A stretch of DNA of 64,000 nt from a virus (IMGVR_UViG_3300037454_000078:1-64000); one strand, 5' to 3'; positions 36,340 to 45,720 are shown, counted from the stretch's first letter. Made by a program: numbers and translations. The notes: generated by a model from the sequence alone, not told the origin.

Positions 36340-37390
36340 ATGGGACTGACAGAAACACTGAAAGAACAGTTGAAAAGCGAAGACGAAAAGGTAATGCAAG
36401 ACGCAAAAGATTGCCTTGCTATTGCCGAGAAACTCAAGGAGATAAACGGTGACGGCGCTATATGGTCGAGTCAGTGGCGTGTACTCGCGGACGTACGATG
36501 GGTCGGAAAGTACCCAGACTGCACAAAGTTGTACAGACCGAGCAAGATTGGAGAGGTTTTTCTGAAAGGTATTAACGCATAAAACATTAGCATTATGATT
36601 GAAAAGATTTGGTTAGTTACTCAAGAAAGTAACGTTGATGGAGAAATTATGTTCAATGTAGTCCCTTGCATAAGCGAAGAGACGGCAAAGAAAGTAATGC
36701 AGGACGAGATTAGAACGTTGTTGAATGAGAGCCACTTTATCGCTTTCATAGACAGACCTGACGACTTTATTCTTGAACAGACGGAGACCTCGTACTATAT
36801 CGAGGACACCTGTGACGACTACTACGAGGACATCAATATTGAAGAGAAACAAATTCAGTATTAACTATGGCAAAAGTAATCCTTACCGATGCTATCATCA
36901 ATGAGATGAGCATCAGAGAAATCAACAGGCACTTCCGCAGCGAGGACGAGTCGGACAAGTGGCCTATTTGCGGAAAGTTCAACGTGACCGAGAGAGCCAT
37001 CCGAAAGCTGCGCAAGTTTCGCCATGACGGACTCTGTGTAAGCGAGGGACTTGAGTACTACCTCACCCTTGAGAATATGATTGGAGAGATTGTAAACGAC
37101 GAGAGAAATTGGTAATAACATAAAACATTACGACTATGATTACAGTAAAGAAGACAACTTACGAAGTTGAAGGCTGCAAAGAGCCATGCTTCGAGGTTAC
37201 GGACGGATTCACAATGGTACGAATCGCAAAGATGTACCACTACATCGGAAAAGACACGCTCGCCATGTCTGAGTATCTTGACGGAGAATGGAACAGTTCA
37301 GACGAATGGACTGGCGACTTCGACTCCCTCACGGCTACAGAAGCAAAGAGACTTGCACAAGAGTATAGCGTATATCTCAGTAAAAATTAA
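36340..37390 (+). CDS. Four small early genes (36340-36582, 36595-36864, 36867-37115, 37136-37390)
   Basis: Packed co-oriented ORFs with AACATT..GCATT-ATG leaders; 36595-36864 is strongly acidic. Confidence 0.65.
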
Positions 37391-37403
37391 AAACATCAGC
37401 ATT

Positions 37404-37799
37404 ATGGAGACAACAATCAATTACAACGGAACGGAAATTATTCTCTACGGGAATTATGTTGGTACTGCAACACCTTGGGGTGAGAAGTACGTCAAGCAGC
37501 ATTTTGAGATTGACGTGACAATCAACAACAGAACTGTTACGTTCGACTTCTACTGCAATGACTCATACCTTGACGACGAGCAGTTGTGCGAAGCATTCTA
37601 CTACTTTCTGTCTGACGGCATTTCATACGACAATGCACGCGACGTTGACGATTTCCAGAGCGAGTTTGGCTACGAGAAAGTTTCTGAATGTCTCGAGGCT
37701 TACAACGGGTGCAAGGATTCATTTGAGCAATGGAAGAGCATCACAGACATCGACATCTACGAGATTGCAAACTGGTTACAGGACAAGTATAACTTTTAA
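37404..37799 (+). CDS. Acidic hypothetical protein (anti-defence candidate)
   Basis: Start METTINYNG at 37404; D/E and aromatic rich. Confidence 0.65.
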   Translation: METTINYNGTEIILYGNYVGTATPWGEKYVKQHFEIDVTINNRTVTFDFYCNDSYLDDEQLCEAFYYFLSDGISYDNARDVDDFQSEFGYEKVSECLEAYNGCKDSFEQWKSITDIDIYEIANWLQDKYNF

Positions 37800-37813
37800 A
37801 ACATTTAAGCATT

Positions 37814-38092
37814 ATGAAGTACATTTGCGAGTGCAGCCTCGAGGACTTCGAGGCATGGTCAGGCGGCAAGGACACGCTTGACACTTTGAGAGAAAAGGGT
37901 GACTGCGATGCAGTCGAGTCGTTAATCGAGGAAATGATGTGTTGTCAAGAGGAGCCGTGGAATGACACTGGCATCAACGACTTCCTGTGGTTTGAGCGTG
38001 ACACGATTGCAGAGCATCTTGGCTACAGAGACTGGGATGAGTATGAGTACGGAAACGAAGAAGAGGAAGATGAAGAAGATGAGGAAGATTGA
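37814..38092 (+). CDS. Highly acidic small protein (DNA-mimic/antirestriction candidate)
   Basis: 92 aa, FEAWSGGKDTL...INDFLWFE, ends EEEEDEEDEED. Confidence 0.65.
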   Translation: MKYICECSLEDFEAWSGGKDTLDTLREKGDCDAVESLIEEMMCCQEEPWNDTGINDFLWFERDTIAEHLGYRDWDEYEYGNEEEEDEEDEED

Positions 38093-38174
38093 TTGGGAGT
38101 TCGTCGGAGGGCTTGTGTGCTGCATCATAATTTTGGCGCTCACATGGGCTTTCCTTTGCGTAGCGTACGCATGA
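38079..38174 (+). CDS. Small membrane peptide (31 aa)
   Basis: MRKIDWEFVGGLVCCIIILALTWAFLCVAYA. Confidence 0.45.
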   Translation: MRKIDWEFVGGLVCCIIILALTWAFLCVAYA

Positions 38175-38218
38175 ATATAATAATTAATATATAAATAATT
38201 AATAAAAGCATATACATT

Positions 38219-39124
38219 ATGGAGGATTATGTAAAGAGATACGTCACAAAGGACGGAAAACAGAGATTAACGATATATCGTGACGAGCATGCAGACAATC
38301 CTCGTTACAATACTGACGAGCCGTTGCACTGCGAAGACTGGTGTCGCGAATACTCCATCATGGACAAGAAAGATTGTGAGACGAAGTCAAGCTCTGCTCT
38401 GGAGCTCATCAGATACTTGCTCGAGAAGTACGGCAACGTGAAAGAGATGGTCGGAGTGCTGCGAGAGAACGCGAAGAAAGAGACGCACGCAAACGGTGAC
38501 ATGAAGCTCACGTACGACGCGTCGCGACACGAGTGGATTCTCAGCTACTGGATTGATAAGTGGACAGACTACAGCGGAGAGATTCACGGGAACAGATGGA
38601 GCGAAGAAACGTCGTGGAGCTCAAAGCTGAAAGACTTGGACGCATACGACATCGCATCTTACTTGTCAAAAGAGATGATTGAAGAGTTCGCAGACCAGAA
38701 GTACTTCACAGACGCAGTGAAGATTGGCTCGTACGAGTTCAGATACTATGGCTATATAGTCTTCTACGACGAGTTCAACGCGAAGTCTGACGGTATCTGC
38801 TGGCTCGAGAAAGAAGAGTTCTTGAAGTACTCTGGCTGCAAAGAAGAGTACTGGAAGTCGAAGACGCTGAAAGAGATTGAGTGGCTTTGCGAAGAGATTA
38901 CAGCGTGGTCAGAGGGAGAAGTGTACGGATATGTGGTCGAGAACGCAGTGAGAATACAAGGTGTCAAGACGTACTTCGACGGAGAACGTGAGGACGAACC
39001 GTACGTAGAGGAACAATGGGAGGAAGAAGATTCCTGCTGGGGATTCTACGGAGAACTAGACAAGTCTATCGACTGGATACTTGAGACTGCAGGGTTCAAG
39101 AAAGAAGAACTAATCGAAGAGTGA
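38219..39124 (+). CDS. Acidic Trp-rich hypothetical protein, 301 aa
   Basis: DEHADNPR N-terminus and WSEGEVYGYVVE...DSCWGFYG C-terminus. Confidence 0.75.
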   Translation: MEDYVKRYVTKDGKQRLTIYRDEHADNPRYNTDEPLHCEDWCREYSIMDKKDCETKSSSALELIRYLLEKYGNVKEMVGVLRENAKKETHANGDMKLTYDASRHEWILSYWIDKWTDYSGEIHGNRWSEETSWSSKLKDLDAYDIASYLSKEMIEEFADQKYFTDAVKIGSYEFRYYGYIVFYDEFNAKSDGICWLEKEEFLKYSGCKEEYWKSKTLKEIEWLCEEITAWSEGEVYGYVVENAVRIQGVKTYFDGEREDEPYVEEQWEEEDSCWGFYGELDKSIDWILETAGFKKEELIEE

Positions 39125-39125
39125 C

Positions 39126-40580
39126 ATGAGTTTAGAGAAAATAAAGATTACGTATGATAGGGACGGTGTGTATGATAAAGATTCTGTACACGAAGTCATG
39201 GACGTGATTGAAAGCTATTGCAGTTGCGCTACAGACAAGAGCTTGGTTGACTATATTGAAAGGATTCCAATTCCGTCTGCCATCGCATTCATTGCAGACG
39301 CATGGGGACTTAATTACGAGTTTGTTTAAAAATTAAAACATTACAATTATGCTAAGAGTAAACTATCAGATTGAGTACGGCTCAGTCAAAGTTAAGAACA
39401 ACGATAAGACGAAGGTTCTCACGGTGAAGATACATCAAGCCAATGCGCTATGCGCATTCATCTATCACTATCAACGCGAGGACGGTCAGAGAATGGCTCA
39501 GCTGTGGAGCTTCCTCTGTGACCTCAACCACGCAAAGAGACTCATCAAGAATACATCAGACCACACGCTGCTCGGAACGTCTGTCGTCAGCGTCAAGCTG
39601 AACGTCTACTACAAGGAAGCCCGCCAGCTCATCATGCCGATGGCTCAGAGCGGATACAAAGTGACAGTTTATTACAAAGAACCCAAAAAGAAGTAATTAT
39701 GGCAAACAAGTTATCGTTCATCATCAAGAAAGATGAAAACGCCGAACCGCGCAACAGATACATACTGTCAGTCAAAGTGTATGGTAAGTGTGTAATTGCG
39801 CCGAGATACGAAGAATTGAACTCTGCTCTTTTTGAAATTCCTGTTTGGGTTAATGAGTTCAGCAAAGACTCGGTTGAATACGATATAAAGGTAAGATTAT
39901 GAAAACACTTGAGTTCAACGGCAAATCTTATATTCTCAATCAGTGCAAGGATATATGGAAGTGGTTCTCTGAATCGAAAGTCGGTGAGTACACTCGGTTC
40001 TTCTCTCGTGCCGTGTTCCATACGGAAGACGGATTCTATGCAGCATATATTGACGATTTAAGCAACTATGCAAAGGTATAAATATTATGAAAATTGACAG
40101 TTACATGATGAGCAACGAGGAAGTCTTGAGGGCTCTTCGCATGTTCAACGATGAGATATGGGACGACGGCAAGTATCACCTTGTCAGCGTCGAGAGTATT
40201 TGGGAGAACGGAGAAAAAATAGAAGACTTCATTAAAGGAAACAACGAGTCTGAAATTCCAGAAGAAATCTTAAAGCAGATGTACAGATTTGTTATGGAGT
40301 TCGACAACAACTGGCTTGTCTACGTGTCATACATGGACGGAGAGGTTTTCGGAATCATCGCATTCAGCGAGTGGTATTAATAATTAAAGCAACAAGAATT
40401 ATGAAACTTACAGAATTTTCAGTATCAATCGACATAGTTGTGTCAAAGACAATCTATGTCGATGCCGAGAACGAGGAACAGGCAAAGCAGCTCGCCATCA
40501 AGAAAGTGCGCGACGAGCCGTTCTACTATGCACGTACCGCAGATGCGTACGTCGGAGCAAAGGTGATTGATGTTTATTGA
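39126..40580 (+). CDS. Six small hypothetical genes (39126-39329, 39349-39696, 39699-39902, 39899-40081, 40087-40380, 40401-40580)
   Basis: Packed co-oriented ORFs. Confidence 0.6.
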
Positions 40581-40599
40581 AGTTAAAAGTGTTAAAATG

Positions 40600-40631
40600 C
40601 TTGCAAGGTTTAAATATTTAAAGTAACTTTG
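40600..40631 (+). promoter_or_regulatory. Promoter CTTG-N20-TAACTTTG with palindrome TTTAAATATTTAAA (40609-40622) in the spacer
   Basis: Read directly from the sequence. Confidence 0.65.
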
Positions 40632-40656
40632 CGGCGTCAATTTAAAGCATTAAGTT

Positions 40657-40833
40657 ATGGATGTAAGAATAAAGTATAAATCAGCAAAAAATGCGCAGGA
40701 CGCAGCAAGTAAGCTGCCAATAGCATGCAGGTTCTTGATTGTTACAGACAAGACAACAGATTGCTATTTGCAAATTCCAGAAGAATACGAGGACTACGTA
40801 ATGAATTTCTTAAACCCAGACAAGTATGTGTAG
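40657..40833 (+). CDS. Small hypothetical protein (58 aa) coupled to the recombinase
   Basis: Manually translated MDVRIKYKSAKNAQDAASKLP...; leader TTTAAAGCATTAAGTT-ATG. Confidence 0.55.
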   Translation: MDVRIKYKSAKNAQDAASKLPIACRFLIVTDKTTDCYLQIPEEYEDYVMNFLNPDKYV

Positions 40834-41665
40834 GGTATTCTTATACAGCCGCATCAGTACAGACCAGCAGTCTCTTGCACAACAGGAGAGGACTGTATAC
40901 GAGTGGCTTGGCCGCAACAACATGTCAGTCACTGACGTTGTGAGCGACGAGGGAATCAGCGGTGGCGTGTCGTATAAGGAACGCAAGCTTGGAAAGGAGC
41001 TGCTTCCGATTATGATTGCTGGCGACATGCTCATCGTATCAGAGATTTCACGTCTTGGACGTTCGATGTTCGACCTCAGTAAGCTTATCAACGAGGAGTT
41101 GAAGCCGCGTAAGATTCGTCTTGTTGTGGTAAGTATGGGACTGGATTTGCGATGCGACCATATCACTGCGCTGGACGAACTGATTCTTCAGAACTTCTCG
41201 TTTGCCGCCCAGTTGGAGAAGGAGCTTATAAGCAGCCGCACGCGCTCTGCGCTTGAAGTGAAGAAGAAACAGGGCATTAAGATGGGCGCTGCGTCTGACA
41301 TCTATAAATCAAACAAATCAAAGAAGAGTAAAGAACAGATAGGTAAAGAGATTATGCTTAGAGGCAGGATGAAGAACAAGAGGCACATGGAGTCGAAGGA
41401 AGCGCAGATGTTCCTCAAAGCACTGAAGAAAGCGTTCCCAGAGTACTGCGAGGACGAAGACTTCACGAAGTGGGATTGGGAATTGGGTCTGCGTCTTCGT
41501 TGCGGAAAACTTGAGAAGCTGGTCGAAGTTATGAAAGACATTCACGACGTAGACCAGACAGTCTTTGCCAAGTGGCAATTTGACAGTCCTTTGCTTGCCC
41601 GCCGTCTGCGTGCCCACATGCAGCAGTTCAAGAAGAGTGTAAAGAATTATTCGTCTAACAACTAA
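40826..41665 (+). CDS. Serine recombinase (resolvase/invertase family)
   Basis: Catalytic motif YSRISTDQQS, then DEGISGG and AGDMLIVSEISRLGRS, and helix E (ELISSRTRSAL). Confidence 0.92.
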   Translation: MCRVFLYSRISTDQQSLAQQERTVYEWLGRNNMSVTDVVSDEGISGGVSYKERKLGKELLPIMIAGDMLIVSEISRLGRSMFDLSKLINEELKPRKIRLVVVSMGLDLRCDHITALDELILQNFSFAAQLEKELISSRTRSALEVKKKQGIKMGAASDIYKSNKSKKSKEQIGKEIMLRGRMKNKRHMESKEAQMFLKALKKAFPEYCEDEDFTKWDWELGLRLRCGKLEKLVEVMKDIHDVDQTVFAKWQFDSPLLARRLRAHMQQFKKSVKNYSSNN

Positions 41666-41830
41666 ATAGTACTGCGTATGATTACACTGATGATTATCAT
41701 TACCATCATTCTGCGTCCAGACATTCTGATAAAGATGGGAGGTCGCGGATTCAGAAAGTAGCGTTCACTATCTGCAACGCGAGGGTGGGTGGTCGGCAAA
41801 CATTTATTAACAACTAAAAACAAGAGAATT

Positions 41831-42142
41831 ATGGAAACAACAACGAAAATTTGTAAGGTTTGTGGGCGCGAGTTAAGCATCGAAAACTTCTCGAAGCATC
41901 CGAAGACAAGCGACGGTTACTCTTCCGTCTGCAAAGAGTGCATGCACAGGCTGCAGTCCGAAGGTCACAAGAACCAGAAAGAGAACAAGATGAAGGAGCT
42001 CAAGTCTGAAGTCGAGAACGCTCGCAACCTGCGTCTGCAGGACTTCACTCCGAGACAACTGATGTCAGAGCTTGTGAGAAGAGGCTACGAGTTTGAGGCT
42101 ACTTACACTGAAGTACACAAGATTAGTTCAAAAGATTTATGA
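41831..42142 (+). CDS. Zinc-finger protein (CxxC...CxxC)
   Basis: CKVCGRELSIENF......DGYSSVCKEC. Confidence 0.7.
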   Translation: METTTKICKVCGRELSIENFSKHPKTSDGYSSVCKECMHRLQSEGHKNQKENKMKELKSEVENARNLRLQDFTPRQLMSELVRRGYEFEATYTEVHKISSKDL

Positions 42143-42375
42143 TTATGGCAAACATCAACGACAACGAGAAGAGCAGTCTCTCCCAGAACAAGCAGATTGC
42201 AGAGTACCTGAACAACGGAGGAGTGCTTACACAGATGGATGCGCTGAAAATGTTCAATTGCTTCAGACTTGCGTCACGTATAAACGACCTTCGCAACAAA
42301 GGGCTTGACATAGTCACTGAGAAAATAATAACCGCAAGCGGTAAAACGGTTGCGCAGTACAGATTAAACAAATAA
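42139..42375 (+). CDS. Small winged helix-turn-helix protein
   Basis: QNKQIAEYL..GG.LTQMDALKMFNCFRLASRINDLR..G..I. Confidence 0.75.
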   Translation: MIMANINDNEKSSLSQNKQIAEYLNNGGVLTQMDALKMFNCFRLASRINDLRNKGLDIVTEKIITASGKTVAQYRLNK

Positions 42376-42387
42376 ACATCAGAAATC

Positions 42388-43041
42388 ATGAACATCAGAA
42401 TCAAGAGGAACGACTACGTACAGCCTACGGAAGTCAGGGAGAGAATCGTGCAGGACATCTGCGACGTCATGCTGGAATATACAGACAAGCTGTTGCCGTT
42501 GACAGTATTCGCAAAGGACAACGCACTGTATCTCGGAACGACGAAAGACGGACAGTACAAGACTGTCACACACGCTACGTCGAACAGCATCTATGACTGT
42601 GTCAGAATACACGGCACAGAGATGGAGGCAGCATTCAAGGCGTTTCAGGACGCTGGGTACTTCATCTATGCTGAGAAAGACAAGAAGACGCGCAACACCA
42701 CGTACCGCTTCTCCAAGAAGCCCGTTATGTGGGGAATCGCATCCAAGACGGTAGAGTTTGATATGTTTATCGACTAAGTTTAACCAAATAAAAAAACAGA
42801 GAAGATTATGAATAAGGACAGAAGAAACAGAATCTCAAAGTGTATCGAGCAGTTGGAAGACATCAAGACGGAGCTTGAGTATATAATGGACGAAGAGCAA
42901 GAAGCGTACGACAACCTGCCAGAAGGCATCCAGATGTCAGAGCGCGGTGACACGATGCAAGAGTGCGTTGACGGGCTTGACGACGCTGTCAGCAACTTCG
43001 ACGACATCATAGACCAGTTGAACGAAGTAATGGAGAAGTGA
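42388..43041 (+). CDS. Two hypothetical genes (42388-42777; 42808-43041, acidic helical)
   Basis: Co-oriented ORFs with typical leaders. Confidence 0.65.
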
Positions 43042-43196
43042 TATGATAGATTTTAACTGCCAACATTTCAGAAACGATGACGGATGCAGGTGGTGTGACA
43101 AGTTCCACCACTTCATCTGCGACCTGTGCCACGATGACGACGAAGACGACAGTCTCGACAGAATCGAGTACTGAAAAGTTAAATCTTGCAAAGAAA

Positions 43197-43228
43197 CTTG
43201 CAATATTCAAAATGTTGCACTATCTTTG
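43197..43228 (+). promoter_or_regulatory. Promoter CTTG-N20-TATCTTTG with palindrome TTGCAATATTCAAA (43198-43211), driving the tRNA cluster
   Basis: Read directly from the sequence. Confidence 0.75.
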
Positions 43229-43311
43229 CAACGTAATATTCGTATTATTTAATTTTCGTCTTGACTGGTTCAGCCGAGTGCTTGTGAAGGTCGTTAGGCT
43301 GTTTTTTAAAT

Positions 43312-43384
43312 CGCGGGATGGAGTTGTTGGAAGCTCGCAATGTTCATATCATTGAGGTCGGCGATTCGAGTTCGCCTCCCGCTA
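43312..43384 (+). tRNA. tRNA with CAT anticodon (Met, fMet or Ile2); no encoded CCA
   Basis: Acceptor CGCGGGA/TCCCGCT with unpaired position 1:72, anticodon arm CAATG-TTCATAT-CATTG, T-arm GGCGA-TTCGAGT-TCGCC. Confidence 0.85.
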
Positions 43385-43464
43385 CATCTGATTGTCTTTC
43401 ATGATGAAAATGTTTTAAATTGAATCTTAGGCAAGAGCTCGTGAGAGTCAGTAGCCTATTCTTT

Positions 43465-43545
43465 GGGGATGTAGCTCAGTTGGTTAGAGCGCACAGAACG
43501 GCCAGTCTTCTGTGGTGGTCGCGTGTTCAAGTCACGTCATCCCTT
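43465..43545 (+). tRNA. tRNA-like gene with an enlarged (23-nt) anticodon arm
   Basis: Canonical acceptor GGGGATG/CATCCCT, D-arm GCTC-AGTTGGTTA-GAGC and T-arm GCGTG-TTCAAGT-CACGT, but the anticodon arm is CACAGAA-CGGCCAGTC-TTCTGTG. Confidence 0.75.
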
Positions 43546-43547
43546 CT

Positions 43548-43827
43548 ATGAACGAAGACAAGATTGGGTTCGTGTACATCGCAGGAAAAGAGCACGGACG
43601 AGCAACAATAACAAGAGAACAGTACAGTAAAGTTTTGAACATCATCTATGGCAAGGAAAAGGCGTAGGAAAGGCAAGATTCGCATCAGGAAATCGGTTGC
43701 TCTTGTTCATAAGAGCGACGCTACGAGGGTGTCGAAGCCTGATACTACGCGCTATCCACGTATAGAAGGACGACCACCTGCAAGCGTTGCTCCAGTATTC
43801 AGAGTTAAGATAAGGAAAAAACAATGA
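43548..43827 (+). CDS. Two tiny ORFs (43548-43667, 39 aa; 43648-43827, 59 aa, very basic)
   Basis: Manual translation; the second overlaps the next gene by ATGA. Confidence 0.45.
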
Positions 43828-44228
43828 TAAACAAGTTCAGAAGGTTACTTATAAGAATCGGCAAAACTCTGCCATTCATTATTTGTTTTCTTGCTTGTTT
43901 AAATTACTTGGAAATCATGTTTGCTTTGTCGACATGCGACTATCTTGACTGGAATGGTGCAGTAATACCGAACACAAGGATTTCGTTCTTTATCGGTCAA
44001 TACTTTGATTACAATATACAGATGGTTGTTGTATTATGGGTGCTCAGTGTCGCAACGAGCACTTGCATTTACAATAAGCTCGCTTGCTTATATTTGACGT
44101 GTAATTTAGTTGAAAAGTCTTACTATAACACAGTTGAACTGTACCCTGAGCAAGTGGCAGTAATAATCACTATCAACCTGCTCGTCTGCGCTTGGCTGTG
44201 CTGGAAAGGTGTTCAAATGCTAAAATAA
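43824..44228 (+). CDS. Membrane protein (about 4 TM helices)
   Basis: 134 aa, several hydrophobic stretches. Confidence 0.7.
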   Translation: MINKFRRLLIRIGKTLPFIICFLACLNYLEIMFALSTCDYLDWNGAVIPNTRISFFIGQYFDYNIQMVVVLWVLSVATSTCIYNKLACLYLTCNLVEKSYYNTVELYPEQVAVIITINLLVCAWLCWKGVQMLK

Positions 44229-44247
44229 CTTAATAATTCGCTCAAAA

Positions 44248-44279
44248 TTTGGAATATATCAAATATCGTCGTATATTTG
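44248..44279 (+). promoter_or_regulatory. Promoter TTTG-N20-TATATTTG with palindrome TTGGAATATATCAA (44249-44262)
   Basis: Read directly from the sequence. Confidence 0.75.
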
Positions 44280-44293
44280 CAGTGCTTTTAGGA

Positions 44294-44462
44294 AGTGGGA
44301 ACTCTTAGGAGCAGACATTTGGAAGAACGTTGAGATAACGGACATACGTTTATACATAATCGTCGGATTTCGGAGAGTTCCCACTGTTGCGAAAGCAACA
44401 TCCGACAATGCGACGAACCTATTCAGAGCTACCTGTCGGATTTCCGATGGGTAGTTTTGTTT
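44294..44462 (+). ncRNA. Structured leader/attenuator RNA
   Basis: 12-bp closing stem (44294-44305/44374-44385), GAAA-capped hairpin (44385-44400), ATCCGACA (44400-44407) able to pair with either GTCGGAT copy (44362, 44435), and a terminator. Confidence 0.7.
44429..44462 (+). terminator. Intrinsic terminator within the leader
   Basis: CTACCTGTCGG-ATTT-CCGATGGGTAG followed by TTTTGTTT, upstream of the ORF. Confidence 0.7.
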
Positions 44463-44474
44463 AGGTGAACGTAG

Positions 44475-45227
44475 ATGCAGATACGACGAAAGATAATGAA
44501 CGAATGCAAGGGACAGCCAAAGCTCCAGAAAGCTCTGGCAATTGCAGTCTTGCTCAAGCAACGTCTCGGACGCTCGTCTATGATGCGTAACTATTCAATA
44601 AACAAGATTCATACACTGACAAAGATTTCCGCTACGACGATAAACAAATACATGCCGATTCTCATAGAGAACGGATGGGTGTCGTTCTGCGGAAAGAACA
44701 ACCAGCACTTAATCGTAAGCAAGCTGTGTTCTCACACTGATGGTCGAAATATCTGCGTGGACAAGTTCTGCTTCGAATCGTTTGCTGACGTATATCGCTC
44801 ACTGCGTGCTTTCTTGGCACTCATCATACAATCACACAAGGACTTTATCAAACGCACGATTCAGATTGCAACCGACCCAAAACGAGGGCAAAATTTCAAG
44901 GGTGCAAGGAAGTTAGTGAAACGTCTCGTAAGACAAGGTCTTCTTCGCTCGATTTATGATGCGTACAAAGAGTATGGACTGGGCTATAAGAGAATAGCTG
45001 AAGAGACTGGAAACTGTATTCGCACAGCACAGCGAATCATGCAGTATGCAGTCAGAAAGAGATGGACTAAGAAGCAGAGCCATTACGAACGTGTGTATGC
45101 ACCAAATTATTTTTCTGACGACTATACTTATCATAAAGATAAGTTTATGTATATTGTACACGCTAATACTTACGAACTCAGCAAAGCAGTCTCAAGCAGC
45201 ATCTCGCATGGTAATAATAGTTGGTAA
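44475..45227 (+). CDS. Basic DNA-binding protein with two HTH-like segments (start 44475 or 44496)
   Basis: SINKIHTLTKISATTINKYMPIL and GYKRIAEETGNCIRTAQRIM segments; lies behind the attenuator. Confidence 0.65.
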   Translation: MQIRRKIMNECKGQPKLQKALAIAVLLKQRLGRSSMMRNYSINKIHTLTKISATTINKYMPILIENGWVSFCGKNNQHLIVSKLCSHTDGRNICVDKFCFESFADVYRSLRAFLALIIQSHKDFIKRTIQIATDPKRGQNFKGARKLVKRLVRQGLLRSIYDAYKEYGLGYKRIAEETGNCIRTAQRIMQYAVRKRWTKKQSHYERVYAPNYFSDDYTYHKDKFMYIVHANTYELSKAVSSSISHGNNSW

Positions 45228-45245
45228 AAAATAAAGGGTATATTT

Positions 45246-45713
45246 ATGACGTTTAATAAAGTTGAAATAGGAATACCAACCGTTGAGCAAATAAAAGAGT
45301 GTGCTGATAAGTTTGGGTACAAGTTTAATCCAGTTGACTGCTATGCCTACTTTAATAAAAAGAAATGGAAAACTGAAAAAGGCCGAGATTATTGGTCTCT
45401 CGAATTTGCATGCACTGTATACAATGGAGTTTATGTTTATAAAAAACAAAAGAAAGTTGACGTTTCCAATTTCAACACTTTATCTTATGAAGGCTCTCCA
45501 TACAAAGAGCAGTTGTTGGATAAACGTTGGAGGCTCTTTAGAGAGTTTGCCATTGAAGCAAGAGGCGGAGTTTGTGAAAATTGTGGTTCAAAGAAAAACT
45601 TGGTAATACATCATTTAATATACAAGGACGGTTACAACGCATGGGACTACAGCGTAAGAGACGTTGTGTGCTTGTGTAATAATTGTCACAAGAAAATACA
45701 TAACATTAAATAA
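45246..45713 (+). CDS. HNH endonuclease with an N-terminal initiator-like domain
   Basis: CENCG...LVIHHLIY...VCLCNNCHKKIH; the N-terminus IPTVEQI...GYKFNP...YAYF..KKWK resembles the C-terminal domain of the initiator at 25374-26201. Confidence 0.8.
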   Translation: MTFNKVEIGIPTVEQIKECADKFGYKFNPVDCYAYFNKKKWKTEKGRDYWSLEFACTVYNGVYVYKKQKKVDVSNFNTLSYEGSPYKEQLLDKRWRLFREFAIEARGGVCENCGSKKNLVIHHLIYKDGYNAWDYSVRDVVCLCNNCHKKIHNIK

Positions 45714-45720
45714 TAACAAT

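Noticed and set aside
40826-41665. Integrase (large serine recombinase) and att site
   Set aside because: At 279 aa it lacks the recombinase and zinc-ribbon domains of large serine integrases, and no host-phage junction is visible.
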